This document shows, piece by piece, positions 1 through 14,219 of a stretch of DNA of 64,000 nucleotides. The translations under genes were made by a program, and so were the position numbers. The notes beneath the pieces were generated by a model. That model was not told the origin of the DNA. It saw only the letters and a program-made list of their open reading frames with translations, and did no database searches. The DNA is taken from positions 7,006,001 through 7,070,000 of the forward strand of contig JBHGNT010000009.1 in the NCBI GenBank assembly GCA_043228905.1, read 5' to 3'. The stretch is from Azolla caroliniana. Its lineage: Eukaryota; Plantae; Polypodiophyta. How positions within the stretch are numbered: the first letter of the stretch is position 1; each line of letters opens with the position of its first letter.

Positions 1-1572
1 GGACAGACTCCGTATGCTCGTCCCGCCACTCGAATTTTCGCCCCTTTTTCAGCAACCCGTATAGCGGCTCGGCAACGTGGGCGTAATGCGGGATCCATAT
101 GTGGTAGAAAGCGCATGCTCCCAAGAACCTCCGTACCTCCATGACCGAGTTACAGTCGGGCTTCATTGCGGAGATGGCTTCTAACTTAGCCGGAGACGGT
201 TTCCGGCCATACGGTCCGACGACCATGATCTCCGATTGCCCGAAGGCCAATTTCTCCCCGGAGAAGGTGAGCCTCTTGTCCTCTAGCCTCTGCAGCACCT
301 TCTCGCAGTCGCCAATGTGTGTCGCCACGAATTTCCGGCATCCGTGCGGTCCGATTGTTTCGTCCTTTTTCTCCACCGGACATCCCTTGATCGGGATGTC
401 ATCCAAGAATGGCATGGTGATGTCCGGGATACAATCCCTCAGCTCCTTGTTCATCGCATTCACCATGTGGGCCACTGAATTCGTCCCTCCTTGTGGCAGG
501 GTACACATCCGCACTAGGCCGAGAGGAGTTCGCATCGTCGTAATGTCTCTGCTCTCTACGGCTAGTTGGAACTAATCGTACCCCGTGTACAGATCACCGA
601 CCGAGTAGATCGACCTTCCGGCGAAGGCCTCCGCGAACTCGTCTATCGTTGGTCCAATTCCTGCGTTCCGAATGGTCACTCTGTTGACCGGTTGCAGGTC
701 TTGAATGAAGCGCAACGTCCCGTTCTTCTTCGGTACGGTAAACCACCGGTTCGAGTACGGGGAACTCGACGGTTTGAGGATGCCCATATCGACTTTCTGT
801 CTCAATAGCTCCATCAGCTCCGGGATGTGAGCTCTCGGTACCGGAATTGGTTTGAGATTCCACGGCACATGCGGTACCGTGAATATCACCATCGGCTTCA
901 CGACTGTCGGGTCTACGCACCCGATCTCTTCCGGTGAGAATGCGAAGGCTTTCCCGTGCCTTCTGAGCATTCTCCGAAACCGGTCTTCTTCCGCCGGCAG
1001 TAGGAAACCGCCCCCCACCGATTTTGAGCTCCCGTAGTGTTCTGTCGGTGAAGGTGTGTCCTATGCAGGCCGGATCTCGTAAACTAGGGTCCGACGCGAC
1101 CCCCTTGATTCACAACTCGCTGCCCTCCGGTAAGGGTGCCGCGACTGGCCTTACCTTCCGGTCCACAATCTTGTACTTCGTGTTAACCCGGGCCGTCTGA
1201 TCCGATTCGAGCCCCCGACCGAAGTCCGCGATGACTTCGTACATCTCTTCTGAACAAACCGGTATCGTCCGGTCCTCTTTAAGGCCTTCTCCGACCACCT
1301 CTCGCAGTATTCCCAAGGTATCGTCGAAGGAGACTGCCTCCACAGCTCCGTTGATTTCCTCACAGGGCTCGAGAACTCCGCACGCCCGAAGTCGCTCTTC
1401 CGCCCTTGTCTTTTCTCGGCCAACGACGCCGACTATCGTACACCCTCCGTTGTCGGAGAAACAAAACTTCCTACTTATGGTACAAGGTTTCTTCGGTTTC
1501 GCCTCTATCGTACATTTGTGGGGTTTTCCCGGAGTGTCTGGATTGTCGCGGCCCCATGCCTTGACAGCCTCT
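1..1572 (-). pseudogene. pol (reverse transcriptase) of Gypsy copy A, disrupted
   Basis: ORFs 1110-1598 and 572-1018 align residue by residue with ORF 60173-61822 and are broken by stops/frameshifts. Confidence 0.9.
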
Positions 1573-3705
1573 CTAAAAATCCTCTCGGTTCTCGCCACCG
1601 AGGGACTCGCGGTTTCACTCGTGGTTCGGTCGCACCGTCAGGAACTGGACCGAATGACGCCCGTCCTAACTCTTGACCCTCGCGTAAGCTGACCCGTTGT
1701 CCAGCACCTTGGTCTCCATCCGCGCTGCCGTAATGTACGGTTCTCCCAGTATGACCAGGTGCGAGGACGTCTCCTGCACAAAGAAGTGCTGATCTATCTC
1801 GACGTCGCCGATCTTGACTCGCACGTTTGGGCAGGTCCCGTGTAGTTCCTCGGTGGCGCGCGTCGCCGCACGTATCTTCCACCCGTGCTTGGTGTTGATC
1901 GGCCATTGCCCCTTCTTGTAGAAGTCCATGGACATCAAGTTTATTTCCGAACCGTGGTCCACCAGCGCCACCACCGGTTCCTGAACATCTCCGATCTTCA
2001 CCGGGGTTTCCGTGGTCGCTCGGGCCAAGTGTGGCCTCGAGTAGTGGCTCTCTGCCCACTCGTCTTCCAGCGCCATGTCCTCCATGTGCGTCGTCCGCAC
2101 CTCCACCGGCCTTTCCGGTTCTGTCTCCGTCGACAACCTCTTCCTCTTCACCAAGTCTACGATGGAGTCGTGGAACTCCTTTTTGGTGATTCTGAGCACC
2201 TCCCGCAACGACAGTTCCACCTTGCTATCGAGGATTCGTTCTTCCAGGACCTTTCGTAGGTTCGTGGTCCTTTCGATCTCCGTGCCGAACCGGTATTTGC
2301 CCTTCTTGTGGTTATCCCGGGCACTGGTCTCACCGGCCTCGTTCTGTTTCGGCCTGAATCAGGTTTCGTATCTCTGTGAGGGTCTGGCCCCTCCGGTTTT
2401 ACCTACTCGTTTGTCTTCAACCAGAGCCTCGTAGTTCTGGCAAGCTACTTCGACGAAACCCGTCTTTTCTTCGACCGGGTCACTCCACCCGGTTACCTCC
2501 TGAACCCGCCTCTCCGCGCGGTCCGCCTCGTCTTTCTTTAGTCGGGCACCGGCGAGGCCTTCCAGCACCGTCGGCCAGAACCCGGCTTTGCTCTCCTTCC
2601 GGGCCTCACTGCCACCGACCCGAATACCGGCCGACGCCGAGTAGTGGACGGTCTCCGTGTGCCGGGCCGCCGCCTCTTCCATCAGCCTTTTCATTCCTCC
2701 TCGCCCGTCGTTTCGGTTCAGGGCCCTCCGGCTATCGCTGGCGTGCACCCGACCTTCCCACAGGTACACTACCCGGCTTCTCAAAGCCTCTACAAAGTCC
2801 CCGCAGTCTTTCCGGATGTGACCGACCTCGTCGCACCACATGCACCTATTTCCTGCCAGAGGCCGTCGGTCACGAGCTTGTTCGCCACCTTCCCTTTGAG
2901 CCTGGGCGATCTGGAGATCCTTGACCGCCCGTGTCAACTCCTCCAAAGTTGTCCCCCCGGACGAACCTCTAACCACGCCGGTCGAAGCCGAACCGGTTTC
3001 GAGCCACTCCCGGGTCTCTTCCCGTCGCGCCTGCGGTATCGGTTCGAGCTTCCTTGCTGCGACAGGACCCGCCCCGGTCGCCCCTGTATCAGCCCACTCC
3101 CACCGTTTGTCAAAACGGCCGCAGACTCTTTTTACCGCGGCCTAGTCGGCCGTCAGCCCGTCTTCGGTTTCCAGTAAGGAGCCCACTTGCTCCCGATCCC
3201 GTGCGTCAACCGATTTGACAAACATTAGGACACGACTTGTGTCCAGAACGGTCTGATCGAGCGCCGAAAGGCACGCAAAGCGATCCTCAAACTCCCGGAG
3301 GAGTGCCGACGCATTTCTTCCTTTGTCGGGGGACTCCACCCACTCCATGAAGCCCCGCTTCGAAAGTCGAAGCGCGTCATCCAGCCCGTATTTCTCTAGG
3401 AGCCGTCCTTCGAACTCCTCCCAGGTCCGGCTCTCCGCCCGGACCTCGAGCACCTCCGCATGGATGCCCGACATCACCACTCGAGGGAATCCGGCAAGAC
3501 GCCTCTCTTCCGGAATATCCCTCATCAACATCTCCGCCCGGTAGGACGCCAAATAACTCGTGGCATCCTTTCCACTGAACTGGCCGATCATACCGACGAT
3601 CGCCTCAATAGCCTTGTAAAGGGCGCCGGTGCCCTCGCGCGCGCTCACTATCCGGTCCACGGCCGAAGCCATGGCCTCTGCAAGATCTGACCCCCTCATC
3701 TTCAT
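1573..3705 (-). pseudogene. gag-protease ORF of Gypsy copy A, disrupted
   Basis: ORFs 3142-3726, 2359-2976 and 1666-2220 are consecutive pieces of the 717-aa ORF at 57915-60068. Confidence 0.9.
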
Positions 3706-3721
3706 CTCCTTTGTCGCCTTG

Positions 3722-3739
3722 TTCACGTCGGGTTCACCA
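3722..3739 (-). promoter_or_regulatory. Primer-binding site complementary to the tRNA-Trp 3' end
   Basis: Minus strand reads TGGTGAACCCGACGTGAA, the complement of the plant cytosolic tRNA-Trp 3' end ...TTCACGTCGGGTTCA-CCA (tRNA sequence recalled, not searched). It lies 4 nt from the LTR. Confidence 0.85.
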
Positions 3740-3743
3740 AATA

Positions 3744-4392
3744 TGTCGCGTTACTACGCGCGTGCGTGGAGAAACGAGGTGGGACCACCGGGGTCTTGAA
3801 CCGAAGAGCAGGTGATAGGAGGGGAAAGAGAAAGAGAGAGACGATCAGTTACGTATGAGCAAAGAAACACAGGGACACGGCCCGTCAACGCAGAAAACAC
3901 AAATGGACACAGAGACAGAGAGACACGAATGTTTGTATATTAACAAATGACACAAAACAACAGAGCACGTGAGCGGTTACAACCGAACAGGCCGGCAAAC
4001 AGATGCCGATGCCTGCTCGTCTGCGCACGAAAGGGGATAGGATGGAGGTGCTGCCAGAAGCACACGGGCGTTCCTCGAAGCAGCGCAAGCCTCCCGAAAT
4101 GCTGCAGAGAAGAGCGATGGAGAATGAACAGAGGAGAAGCGTTCGGTTACGGTCCGACAACACTTCGTCCTCCTCAATGCGCGATCCCTTTCTCCCCGCG
4201 CCTCCCTCTCTTTTATAGCTCCAAGAAGGGAGCCGTTTCCCTCATTAACTTCCTACCTACCGAATCTAACTACCTAGGATATACCTTTGTACCTAATCCT
4301 TTATTATATACATTAGAGGGTGCGCACGCGTGAAGAGCCGGTTCGCGCGCACTATACATTGATTGCGCTAAAGGACGGTTTTCTTCACGACA
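3744..4392 (-). repeat. 5' LTR of Gypsy copy A
   Basis: TGTCG...CGACA termini, adjacent PBS, and similarity to LTR 57269-57898. Confidence 0.9.
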
Positions 4393-4686
4393 ACGTCATC
4401 TTGAGTACCGGGGCAAAGATCTGATCAAAATCCAGTCCTTTCTTCTGCTAGAAGCCCTTCACCACAATGCGGGCCTTATACCTTGGTGGATTTCCGGATT
4501 CTCCCGGTTTAAGCTTGTACACCCACTTGTTCCGGAGTGCTCTCTTCCCATTTGGCAGATCCATCAATTCGTATGTGTGGTTCTCATGTAGGGAATCCAA
4601 CTCGTCTTGCATGGCACTCAACCACTTGCAGTTGTGGGTGTCTTTCTTCGCTTCTTCGAAGCTTTCTGGCTCCCCCTCGTCAGTCA
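4393..4686 (-). mobile_element. Copia RT fragment (insertion target of Gypsy copy A)
   Basis: Minus strand encodes ...KWVYKLKPG...RYKARIVVKGF..DFDQIFAPVLKMT, matching 10590-10880. Confidence 0.85.
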
Positions 4687-7453
4687 GCTCTATGTCGTCG
4701 CCAACCGGCGGTTACAACAGAAAAAAGTTTTATGTGTGTGTGTGTGTGTGTGTGTGTCTGTACAACAATAATAATGACTAACATCATACAACTCTCCAAC
4801 TCTACCAAAGTGGTTGCCCGCCCTAAGTCATATTTATATGTATATGACTTTAGGACTATTGACAAATATGGCCAAGACATGCACACTTGAAACATATTTA
4901 TAGATATGTCCTTGGATCCAGTTCACACCGTATCCGTTCGGTCCGGTTCCTTCCTTCAACTCGTCCGATCCATCGCATCTGGATCCCATCTGGAGGGACC
5001 GAATTCCTAACAAGCTCCCCCTTCACTCCGGCATGGGAATTTTTGTCAATCCAATCTGTCTCCTGCACACGTCTAACTTGTCGACTGATAGTGCCTTGGT
5101 TAGCATGTCTGACCCATTCTCCTTCGTATGAATCTTTGTCAGCAAGAACTGTTTATCTTCTACCTTATCCTAGAGCCCATGATATCTCCTTTGCATGTGC
5201 TTGGTCCGGGAGTGGTAGGTCGCGTTCTCCGCAAGGTGGATGGCACTTTAATTGTCGAAGAGCTGGAATTCCTCTTGTCGGACCCCTACCTCTCTGATGA
5301 AGTCCTTCATCCAGATTACCTCTTTACTGGCTTCTACAACTGCCATGTACTCCGCTTCCGTTGTCGACAATGCAACGGACTTCTGCTGCCTTGACTGGCA
5401 CGATACGGTTCCCCCTACATATGTCGTGACATATCCGGATGTAGACCGGCTGGTATCCGCATCAGCCGACATATCCGAAATTGTGAATCCTTCAAGTTGG
5501 GGTTTTCCTGAGCCGAATCGGAGGCACATACTTGAGGTGCCTTTCAAGTACCGAAGTATCCACTTGACTGGGGTCTAGTGTTCTCTTCCCGGATTGCTCG
5601 TGAACCGGCTGACTAGTCCGCCAACATATCCGATATCAAACTGGGTACACACCATTGTGTACATCAAGCTTTCGATGATAGAGACATATAGTATATTCAT
5701 CATCTCCGATTTCTCTGCCTTTGTCTTTGGGTTCTGCTTCCTCGATAGCTTGCGCTTTGCCGGAAGTGTCGACCCGACTAGCTTCACATCCATCATGTTG
5801 AACCGTTGAAGCATCTTTGTCACGTACTTCTCCTGTGATAGCCACAATAGCTTCTTCATCCGGTCCCAGACTATGTGCATCCCCAATATATGTCTTGCAG
5901 GACCCAGAACTTTCATTGAGAAGGTCTGATTCAGGGCCTTCTTCAGATTCCCGATTTTGGTTCGGTCCGGTCCGACGATCAGCATGTCATCTACATACAA
6001 CAATAGTAGTAGGAAGTCTCCTCCATAGAACTTCTTCACGAACACGCAGTTGTCGACCTGTGTCTTGTGGTATTCTTGATCGGTCATGAAGGAGTCGAAC
6101 TTCCGGTACCATTGCCGGGGAGCTTGCTTCAGTCCGTATAAGCTCTTCTTCAACCGGCACACTAGGTGCTCCTTCCCTTTCTTGACAAACCCTTCCAGTT
6201 GTTGCATGTAGATCTCTTCTTTGAGATCACCGTGCAGGAACGCCGTCTTGACGTCTAGTTGCTTGACCTCGGTCCATGCTTGCCACTATGCTCCACACAG
6301 TCCGGATGGATGTCATCTTTACTATCGGGGCAAAGATCTCATTGAAATTCACTGCTTTCTTCGGCTGGAAGCCTTTCGCCACGATCTAGGCTTTGTACCT
6401 TGGTGGATTTCCAGCATCTCCCGGTTTCAGCTTGTACACCCACTTGTTCCGGAGCGCTCTCTTTCCTTTCAACGGCTCTGTCAATTTGTATGTGTGGTTC
6501 TCATGTAGGGAATCCATCTTGTCCTACATGGCACTCAACTACTTGCAACTGTAGGTGTCTTTCATCGCTTCCTCAAAACTTTCAGGCTTCGTCTCGTTGG
6601 ACATTAACACATGCTCTGTATCCGGAAGTCTCCGGGGGCTCTTCTCTCCCTGAGAGGATATCTTCTCCCTTCGTTCACATCCACCAGTTCCTCCATTTGT
6701 TCTTCATCTGAATCCGATTCAGGGTCTTGTCCGGTTCAGGTTTCCAAATCTTCTTCTTCTTCGATTGGTTCAGTCTCTTGTCAAGCAATTTCTTCAAGCG
6801 TCATTGGGCTTTCGGCCGGATGAGTCCTTGTATCCTCTGACTGATCTCTGTCGGTCGACCCGGAGTTTGCTATCTTCTTCTCTGACTCCCAATCTACAAT
6901 AGTCTTGTCTTCCATGAAGACTATGTCTCAACTCCTGTAGACCTTCTTGTTGACCAAGTCCCACACTCGGTAGCCAAACTCATCATCACCATATCCAAGG
7001 AATATGCATAGCCAGGACTTCGGATCCAACTTTGCTCTCTTGTCCTTTGCCACATGCATGTAAGCAAGACAACCGAGGAAACACCTTTAAATGCCGGTAG
7101 GACACGTCTTTACTGGTCCATACTCTCTGTGGTGTGTCTCCTTCCAAGGGTGCTGAGGGTGATCTGTTCATCACATAGGTCGTTGTCATCAACACCTCAA
7201 CCCAAAACTTCTTGGGTAACTTTGCATGTGCTAGCATGCTCCGGAGTCTCTCCATTATGGTCCGGTTCATTCTCTCAGCCAACTTGTTTAGTTCCAACGT
7301 CTTCGGCACAGTGAATTCAAGCCGGATTCCTTTTGATCGGTAGTAGTCTTCGAACTGCCTTGGGTATTTGCCTCCATTGTCCGCTCAAACCGTCTTTAGC
7401 TTCCGTCTGGTTTCTCTTTCCACTCTTGCGTGGAGCTCCTTGACGAAGGATAA
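4687..7453 (-). mobile_element. Copia element, 3' half (integrase C-term, RT, RNase H, PPT, truncated 3' LTR 4687-5012)
   Basis: ORFs 6986-7309, 5575-6207 (LYVDDML) and 5248-5547 (STTEAEY). PPT GAAGGGGGAG is followed by TGTTAGG at 5012. (GT)n tract in the LTR. Confidence 0.9.
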
Positions 7454-7784
7454 TGTTAGGATCTCGGTCCCTCCGGGTGGGATACGAAGGCCCGGCATCG
7501 GAAGACCCGGTGAGAACCTTATGATGCAGACCCGGTGAGAACCGGATGACGAGTACCCGACAAGGAAGACCCAGTGAGAACTGGATGTTGCAGGCCCGGT
7601 GAGAACCTCACCGGATGAAGGGACATATATGTAGATATGTTTCTGAGAGCCCATTGGGGCTATATCTATAAATAGCCCTAATGTCATATTAGTGTAAATG
7701 TGACCTAGGGCAAACAATGTCTTTTAGGGGGAGGATCATAGTTGCTATTATTATCTTTGTATAGTGTAATTGGTGTAACAACTG

Positions 7785-7844
<60 letters not shown>

Positions 7845-8119
7845 TACAGAGCATGTCTTTGTTGTAACCACCGCCAGGCGAAGATTGTGAGCAAGAGGTT
7901 TTTGCCTCTGTGCTCCCTGTTGTACTCCTTGACATAGTGAGAGTTTGGAGTCTGTGGACTCCTGTGGTTTTTCCCTTTCAGGGTTTCCCACGTTAACATC
8001 CTGTGTATTCTCTTTCTATTTGTGTACTTACCTCCATTCCCATTTCTTCTATGTTTGACTATCATCAAGTGATCTACGCTTCGGTTGTGGCCGGAGATTA
8101 TTCCGCATATTTCTCGTCA
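7454..8119 (+). repeat. Copia 5' LTR containing a (GA)n microsatellite (~7789-7841)
   Basis: Direct repeat of 12182-12455, followed by the PBS. Confidence 0.9.
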
Positions 8120-11100
8120 AATTGGTATCAGAGCAAAACGACACAGAAAAATGGATGATTCGTTGGGAGGCATGTTCAAGCTCACCGGCTCCAACTACTT
8201 AGTGTGGAAGTCGAAGATGAGGGACATGCTCATGGTTAAAGATCTTAGGTTGCTGGTTCAGTTCAGGGACAAGAGACCGGGCAAAATCGATGCCACGATA
8301 TGGGAGGTGATGCACATGAAGACAACGGCGTACATACGGTTCTTCATCGACATGAGTCTATACAACAACTTCAATGAAGAGAGCAATGCTCATGAGCTCT
8401 GGGAGAAGATTGACAATATGTTTCAAAACAAAAATGTTGTTAATGAAGCTTCGGTATTTTGGAAGCTAGTAAGACTTCGGTCCCAAGATGGCTCCAGCAT
8501 GGCGGAGCACATGAATGCCTTCCAGGGGCTGATCCACCAAGCAACATCATTGGAAGTACCTCTCGCCGATGAGGTACTAGCACTACTCCTGCTCGGTTCC
8601 CTCCCAGATAGCTGGGAGACGTTGGTTGTCAGTTTGGGCAGCGCCGGGCCAGAAGGGAAACGGTTATCCCTAGCAAGAGTGAAGTCGAGCTTGCTAGATG
8701 AGGAGGTACGTCGGAAAGAGAAGGATACGAGCTCTGACTCCAAAGCGCTCCTTACCAAATCGGAACGCGGAAGACAAAGGAACCGTAGTCCCTAGAACCG
8801 GGAAAATTTGGGGACACAGTCAAAGTCAAGGGGAGGCCTACTTGCTTGTATTGCGGCAAGCTGGGACACTTCCAGAAGAACTGTCGGCACTTCCGAAAAG
8901 ACAAGGAAACCGACGATACTGATTCAAAGTGGACACCGGACCGGAATGGTAAAGACCGGAGGGGACCGGACCGGAAGGGAACGACAGCAATTGTGGCAAG
9001 TGAAGAAGAGTTGATGCTCATCACCGAGGAGAGTGAGTTGAACCTTGCCGGCGATGAGACAACGTGGGTTGTCAATTCTGGAGCGTCGTTCCACCTTACC
9101 CCGGACCGGAAATGCTTCTCAACCTACACAATCGGTGATCACGGCTGTGTCCAGATGGGGAATGAAGGTACATGCCGAATTGTCGGCATAGGAGACATGT
9201 GGTTGACAACACCAACCGGATGCAAGCTACTGCTAAAGGATGTCTGACACGTTCCGGAGGTTCGACTGAACCTGATATCAACCGGTCGGTTAGATGATGA
9301 AGGCTACACGGGTAGCATCCGGAACAGAGTCATGAAATTCAGCAAAGGGAGCCTGATAGTGGCTCGGGTCTGGAAGGTCAACACGCTATACCTGATGAAT
9401 GCCTGATTATGCCCTGAAGAAGTGAACGTGGCTTCCGACACTGCAGGTGAGCTGTGACACAAGAGACTGTGTCACATGAGCGTGAAGGGGATGAAGAGGC
9501 TTGCCGATGACAACCTCATTCCGATGAAGAACGTTCATCTTGAGAGGTGCACCAATTGCCTAGCCGGTAAGAGAAACCGGACCTCTTTCCAATCAAGGCC
9601 ACCGATGAGACATAATGCACTGTTGGAGTTGGTGCATACCGATGTGTGTCAAGTGGACACGAAGTCCCATGCCGGAGCGTAGTACTTCATGATGTTCATA
9701 GATGACCACAGCAGGAGGCTGTGGGCCACACCGTTGAAGACGAAGGATCAGGTGTTATCCGTCTTCACGGAGCTCCACACAAGAGTGGAAAGAGAAACCA
9801 GACGCAAGTTGAAGGCAGTTCGAGCAGATAACAGAGGGGAATACCGGGGGCAGTTCGAGGAGTATTGCCGCTCAAAGGGAATCTGGCTCGAATTTACTGT
9901 GCCGGAGACGCCGAAACTAAACGGGCTAGCCGAGAGGATGAACCAGACCATAATGGAGAGGGTCCGGATTATGCTAGCACATGCTAAACTACCCAAGACG
10001 TTTTGGGCTGAGGCACTGTCGACAGCGACATATGTGATAAATAGATCACCCTCAGTTCCCTTGGATGGAGACACGCCGCAAAAGGTGTGGATCGGTAAGG
10101 AAATGTCCTACCGGCATTTGAAGGTGTTCGGTGTCTCGCGTATGTGCATGTTGCTAAGGACCGGAGAGGAAGGTTGGATCCAAAGACCCAGCCATGCATA
10201 TTCCTCGGATACGACGATGATGAGTTCGGCTACCGAGTGTGGGATCCGGTTGACAAGAAGGTTTTCCGGAGCCGAGATATTATCTTCATGGAGGACAAGA
10301 CTCTTGTCGACTGGGAGTCGGAGAAGAAGATAATGAACTCCGATGAGATTGGGACCCACCCGGCTAAGAGCCGGTTGACACTCGAGGAACCAGCCGGTTA
10401 CGGTGAGGATACCGAACTGGCAGAAGAAGAAGTAGAGGAAGCTGAATTCGGAACCGGCCAAGACCCCGAATCGGATTTGGATGAAGAACAAATAGAGGAG
10501 TCGGTTGCCAAAAGCCAAAGACGGAGATATCGTCTCAGAGAGAGAAGGCCCCCCCGGAGATTTCCGGATGCAGAGCATGTGTTGCTCACCGATGAGGGGG
10601 AGCCGGAAAGCTTCGAAGAAGTGAAGGATGACACCCATAGCCACAAGTGGTTGAGTGCCATGCAGGACGAGATGGATGCCCTGCATGAGAACCACACGTA
10701 TGAATTGGTGGAGTTGCCGAAAGGAAAGAGGGCACTCCGAAACAAGTGGGTGTACAAGTTGAAACCGGGAGATGTCGGAAAACCTCCAAGGTACAAAGCC
10801 AGGATCGTAGTGAAGGGGTTCTAGCAAAAGAAGGGCGTGGACTTTGACGAGATATTTGCCCCGGTAGTAAAGATGACTTCCATCCGGACGGTGTTGAGCA
10901 TAGCAGCAAGCATGGATCTCGAGGTAGAGCAGTTAGACGTGAAGACGACGTTCCTCCACGACGACCTCGAAGAGGAGATCTACATGCAGCAACTGGAGGG
11001 ATTTGTGAAGAAAGGGAAGGAGCACCTGGTTTGTCGGTTAAAAAAGAGCCTCTACGGGTTGAAGCAGGCTCCCCAACAATGGTACCGGAAGTTCGACTCC

Positions 11101-12455
11101 TTCATGACCGATCAAGGGTACCACAAGACGCAGGCCGATCACTGCGTATTTGTGAAGAAGTTCGAAGGTGGAGACTTCCTGATACTCTTCTTGTACGTGG
11201 AAGAAATGTTGATCGTCGGACGAGACCAAGTCAAGATACGGATGCTGAAGAAGGCCCTGAACCGAACCTTCTCAATGAAAGACTTGGGTCCGGCAAGACA
11301 GATGTTGGGGATGCATATCATCCGGGACCGGCCAACGAAGAATTGTGGTTGTCACAGGAGAAGTACATGACAAAGGTGCTTCAACAGTTCAACATGTCAG
11401 ATGCGAAACCGGTCGGATCGACACTTCCGGCAAACTGCAGGTTATCCGGTAAGCAAAGCCCGAAGACGAAGGCAGAGAAGGCGGATATGATGAAGATACC
11501 ATATGCCTCTACCGTCGGGAGCCTAATGTACGCAATGGTGTGTACCCGACCGGATATCAGATATGCAGTCGGAGTGGTGAGCCGGTTTATGAGCAATCCC
11601 GGCAAGGAGCACTGGAATGCGGTAAAATGGATACTCCGATACTTGAAAGGCACCTCAAGTATGTGTCTCCGATTCGGCTCCGGTAAACCCCAACTTGACG
11701 GTTTCACCGATTCAGATATGTCGGCTGATGCGGATACTAGCCGGTCAACATTCGGATATGTCATGACATATGCGAGGGGAGCTGTTTCGTGGCAATCAAG
11801 GCTACAGAAGACGGTTGCGTTGTTAACCACGGAAGCGGAGTACATGGCGGTTGTGGAACCCGGCAAGGAAATACTATGGCTGAAGGACTTCATCGAAGAG
11901 CTATGGATCCGGCAAGAGGAATATCAACTCCATTGCGACAATCAAAGTGCCATCCACCTTGCGAAGAATGCATCGTATCATTTCCAGGACGAAGCACATC
12001 CAATGGAGGTACCATTGGATTTAGGAGCGAGTAGAAGACCGAGAGTTCGTGCTGACGATCATCCACACGGAGGAGAACGGGTCAGATATGTTGACCAAGG
12101 TGTTGACGCCCGAGAAGCTAGACGCATGCCGGAAGCGGATCGGATTGACGAGGCATCCCATGCCGGAGTGAAGGGGGAGTTTGTTAGGATCTCGGTCCCT
12201 CCGGATGGGATACGAAGGCCCGGCATCGGAGGACCCGATGAGAACGGGCTGTGGAATACCCAGAACCGGATGATGCTGACCCAATGATAACCGGATGACA
12301 AGTACCCGGCAAGGAAGACCTGGTGAGAACCTCTCACCGGCAGGCCCGGTGTAAACCTCTCACCGGATGAAGGGACATATATGTAGATATGTTTCTGAGA
12401 GCCCATTGGGGCTATATCTGTAAATAGCCCTAATGTCATATTAGTATAAATGTGA
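7454..12455 (+). mobile_element. Near full-length Ty1/Copia element (tRNA-iMet PBS), decayed; 3' LTR truncated
   Basis: 5' LTR 7454-8119 (TGTTAG...TCA), PBS TGGTATCAGAGC 8123-8134, gag with CCHC, protease (WVVNSGAS), integrase, RT, RNase H, PPT ~12170-12180, 3' LTR 12182-12455 matching the 5' LTR start. Confidence 0.95.
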
Positions 12456-14219
12456 TGTTAAGTAATTAGGTAATTAACTAGGGTTAATTAGAGACTAATT
12501 ATATGGTTACGTTAAGCAGCGGAAGATTAGTATGATATGCGTGTGAGAGTGTGTGAGAGGAAGAGAGAGAGAGAGGAAGTTACCTTCTTCCATCAAATTC
12601 GGAAGAAGGCATACAAGTATTTCCTTAAGGATGGAGCTCTTTGGAGGCATGCAAAAAAGAAGAATGGGACTCTGATGAGAGTTGTCTGCAAGCAAGAAGA
12701 CCAACAAAAACTAATGTCCGAATTTCATGATAGTGTTTTTGCAGGCCATCAAGGAATATGGGCTACATTTGCGAAGCTTAAGGAGAAATATTGGTGGCCG
12801 GGCATCTACAAAGATGTAGCAGCTTATGTGGAAACATGTAAGGAATGTCAAATGTTTTCGAATATTCACCATCAAGATGGACTTCATCCAACTTACCCGT
12901 TGGCTATGCATTACAAGTGGATGGTGGACATTGTGATGATGCCAATGGGGCGATGGCAGATGAAGTATCTTATGCTCGCGAGAGAGGATATTACCAATGA
13001 AGTTGAAGGGCGAGCATTAAGAACTAAGGAGACATCATTGGTATGCTGATTCCTTCTTGAAGATGTTATTTGCAGATATGGATGCGTCGGCAAGATAGTG
13101 GCTGATAGGGGCGAGTTGGACGCCAATGAAGCTAGAGAATTCTTCTTGAGAATGGGAATCAAATTATCTCTTACCATGGCGTATAATCCCGAAGCAAATG
13201 GGAAGGTGGAACGTGGACATGGACCGATTGTGAAGGCTCTAGTAAAAGCTTGCCATGGGAAAATAGGAGAATGGCCGCGTCTATTGCCATTTGCACTATG
13301 GGCTGACAGGACTACTCATAGCACGGTGACGGGATACATTCCGGTAGAGCTCATATTCGGACAAAAGCCAATAATGCCTGTAGAACAAAGTATTATTTCA
13401 TGGTTTGCATTATCATGGCAAGATGAGATAAGTACAGAAGATCTTCTAGCATTGAGGATTCGACAATTAGAGCGAAATTTGGAAGATATAGAGCAGGCTA
13501 AAGAATGCAAGGCTAAAGAACAAGAAAGACTTTGATAAACGACATCGACTTCGGCCGAGGAAAATCGTTGAAGGAGATTGGGTGCTAGTCTATGACAGTA
13601 GCCTAGATAACCAACATAGTACGGCTCGAAAATTCTCACAACGATGGTTTGGGCCATATGTGGTGAAGAAAGTGGAAGATGATGCAACATATCATTTAGT
13701 AGAACTGGATGGTACACCACTTGCCTTGCCAATTTCCGGTAAAAGAATCAAGATCTTCAAGAGAAGAGATAGAATAGAAATTGGATTCTAAGCTTTTGAC
13801 GATTCAGTCTTAAGCATCGATGAAAAAGTATAGGAAACAAAAGTGAATCCTCACCAAAATTGGCACATACCGGTGGATGTGCAGGTTTGGTGGGGGCGAA
13901 TGTCGTGTGAATCTTCACACACTATGTAAAATAATAATAAAATAATTATTATAGATTAGATTAGTAGCTTACTATAGACAGATGGATATACTCAAGAGCT
14001 TCAAAATGTACTTTACTATATACAAAATGGAGAAATACATATCAAGTTATGTGAAAATAAAGTTTCAGAAGATAGGGAAATTAGAACTATCCCACATAGA
14101 TAGGAAACTTAAGGCCCTGGCTATATCAGCACCTTGAGCTCCCTCATTTTTCATTTGTGCTAAGAGCACTTTGGTCACTTTGTCTTGATGGATGATGGTG
14201 GCCAAATTCCCTAAAACTG

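Larger units (their letters stand above)
1..4392 (-). mobile_element. Ty3/Gypsy LTR retrotransposon, tRNA-Trp-primed group (copy A): 5' LTR, gag-PR and start of RT; runs off the left edge; decayed
   Basis: Minus-strand ORFs give Gag with CCHC knuckle (CMWCDEVGHIRKDC), aspartic protease (ALVDHGSE) and RT (PWNLKPIPVP...SVGDLYTGYD). Colinear with the element at 57269-64000. LTR and PBS lie at 3722-4392. Several in-frame stops. Confidence 0.95.

Noticed and set aside
12456-12580. TGTTA-starting segment that truncates the Copia 3' LTR
   Set aside because: May be the start of another LTR, but it is only ~120 bp with no second copy, so it is left unassigned.
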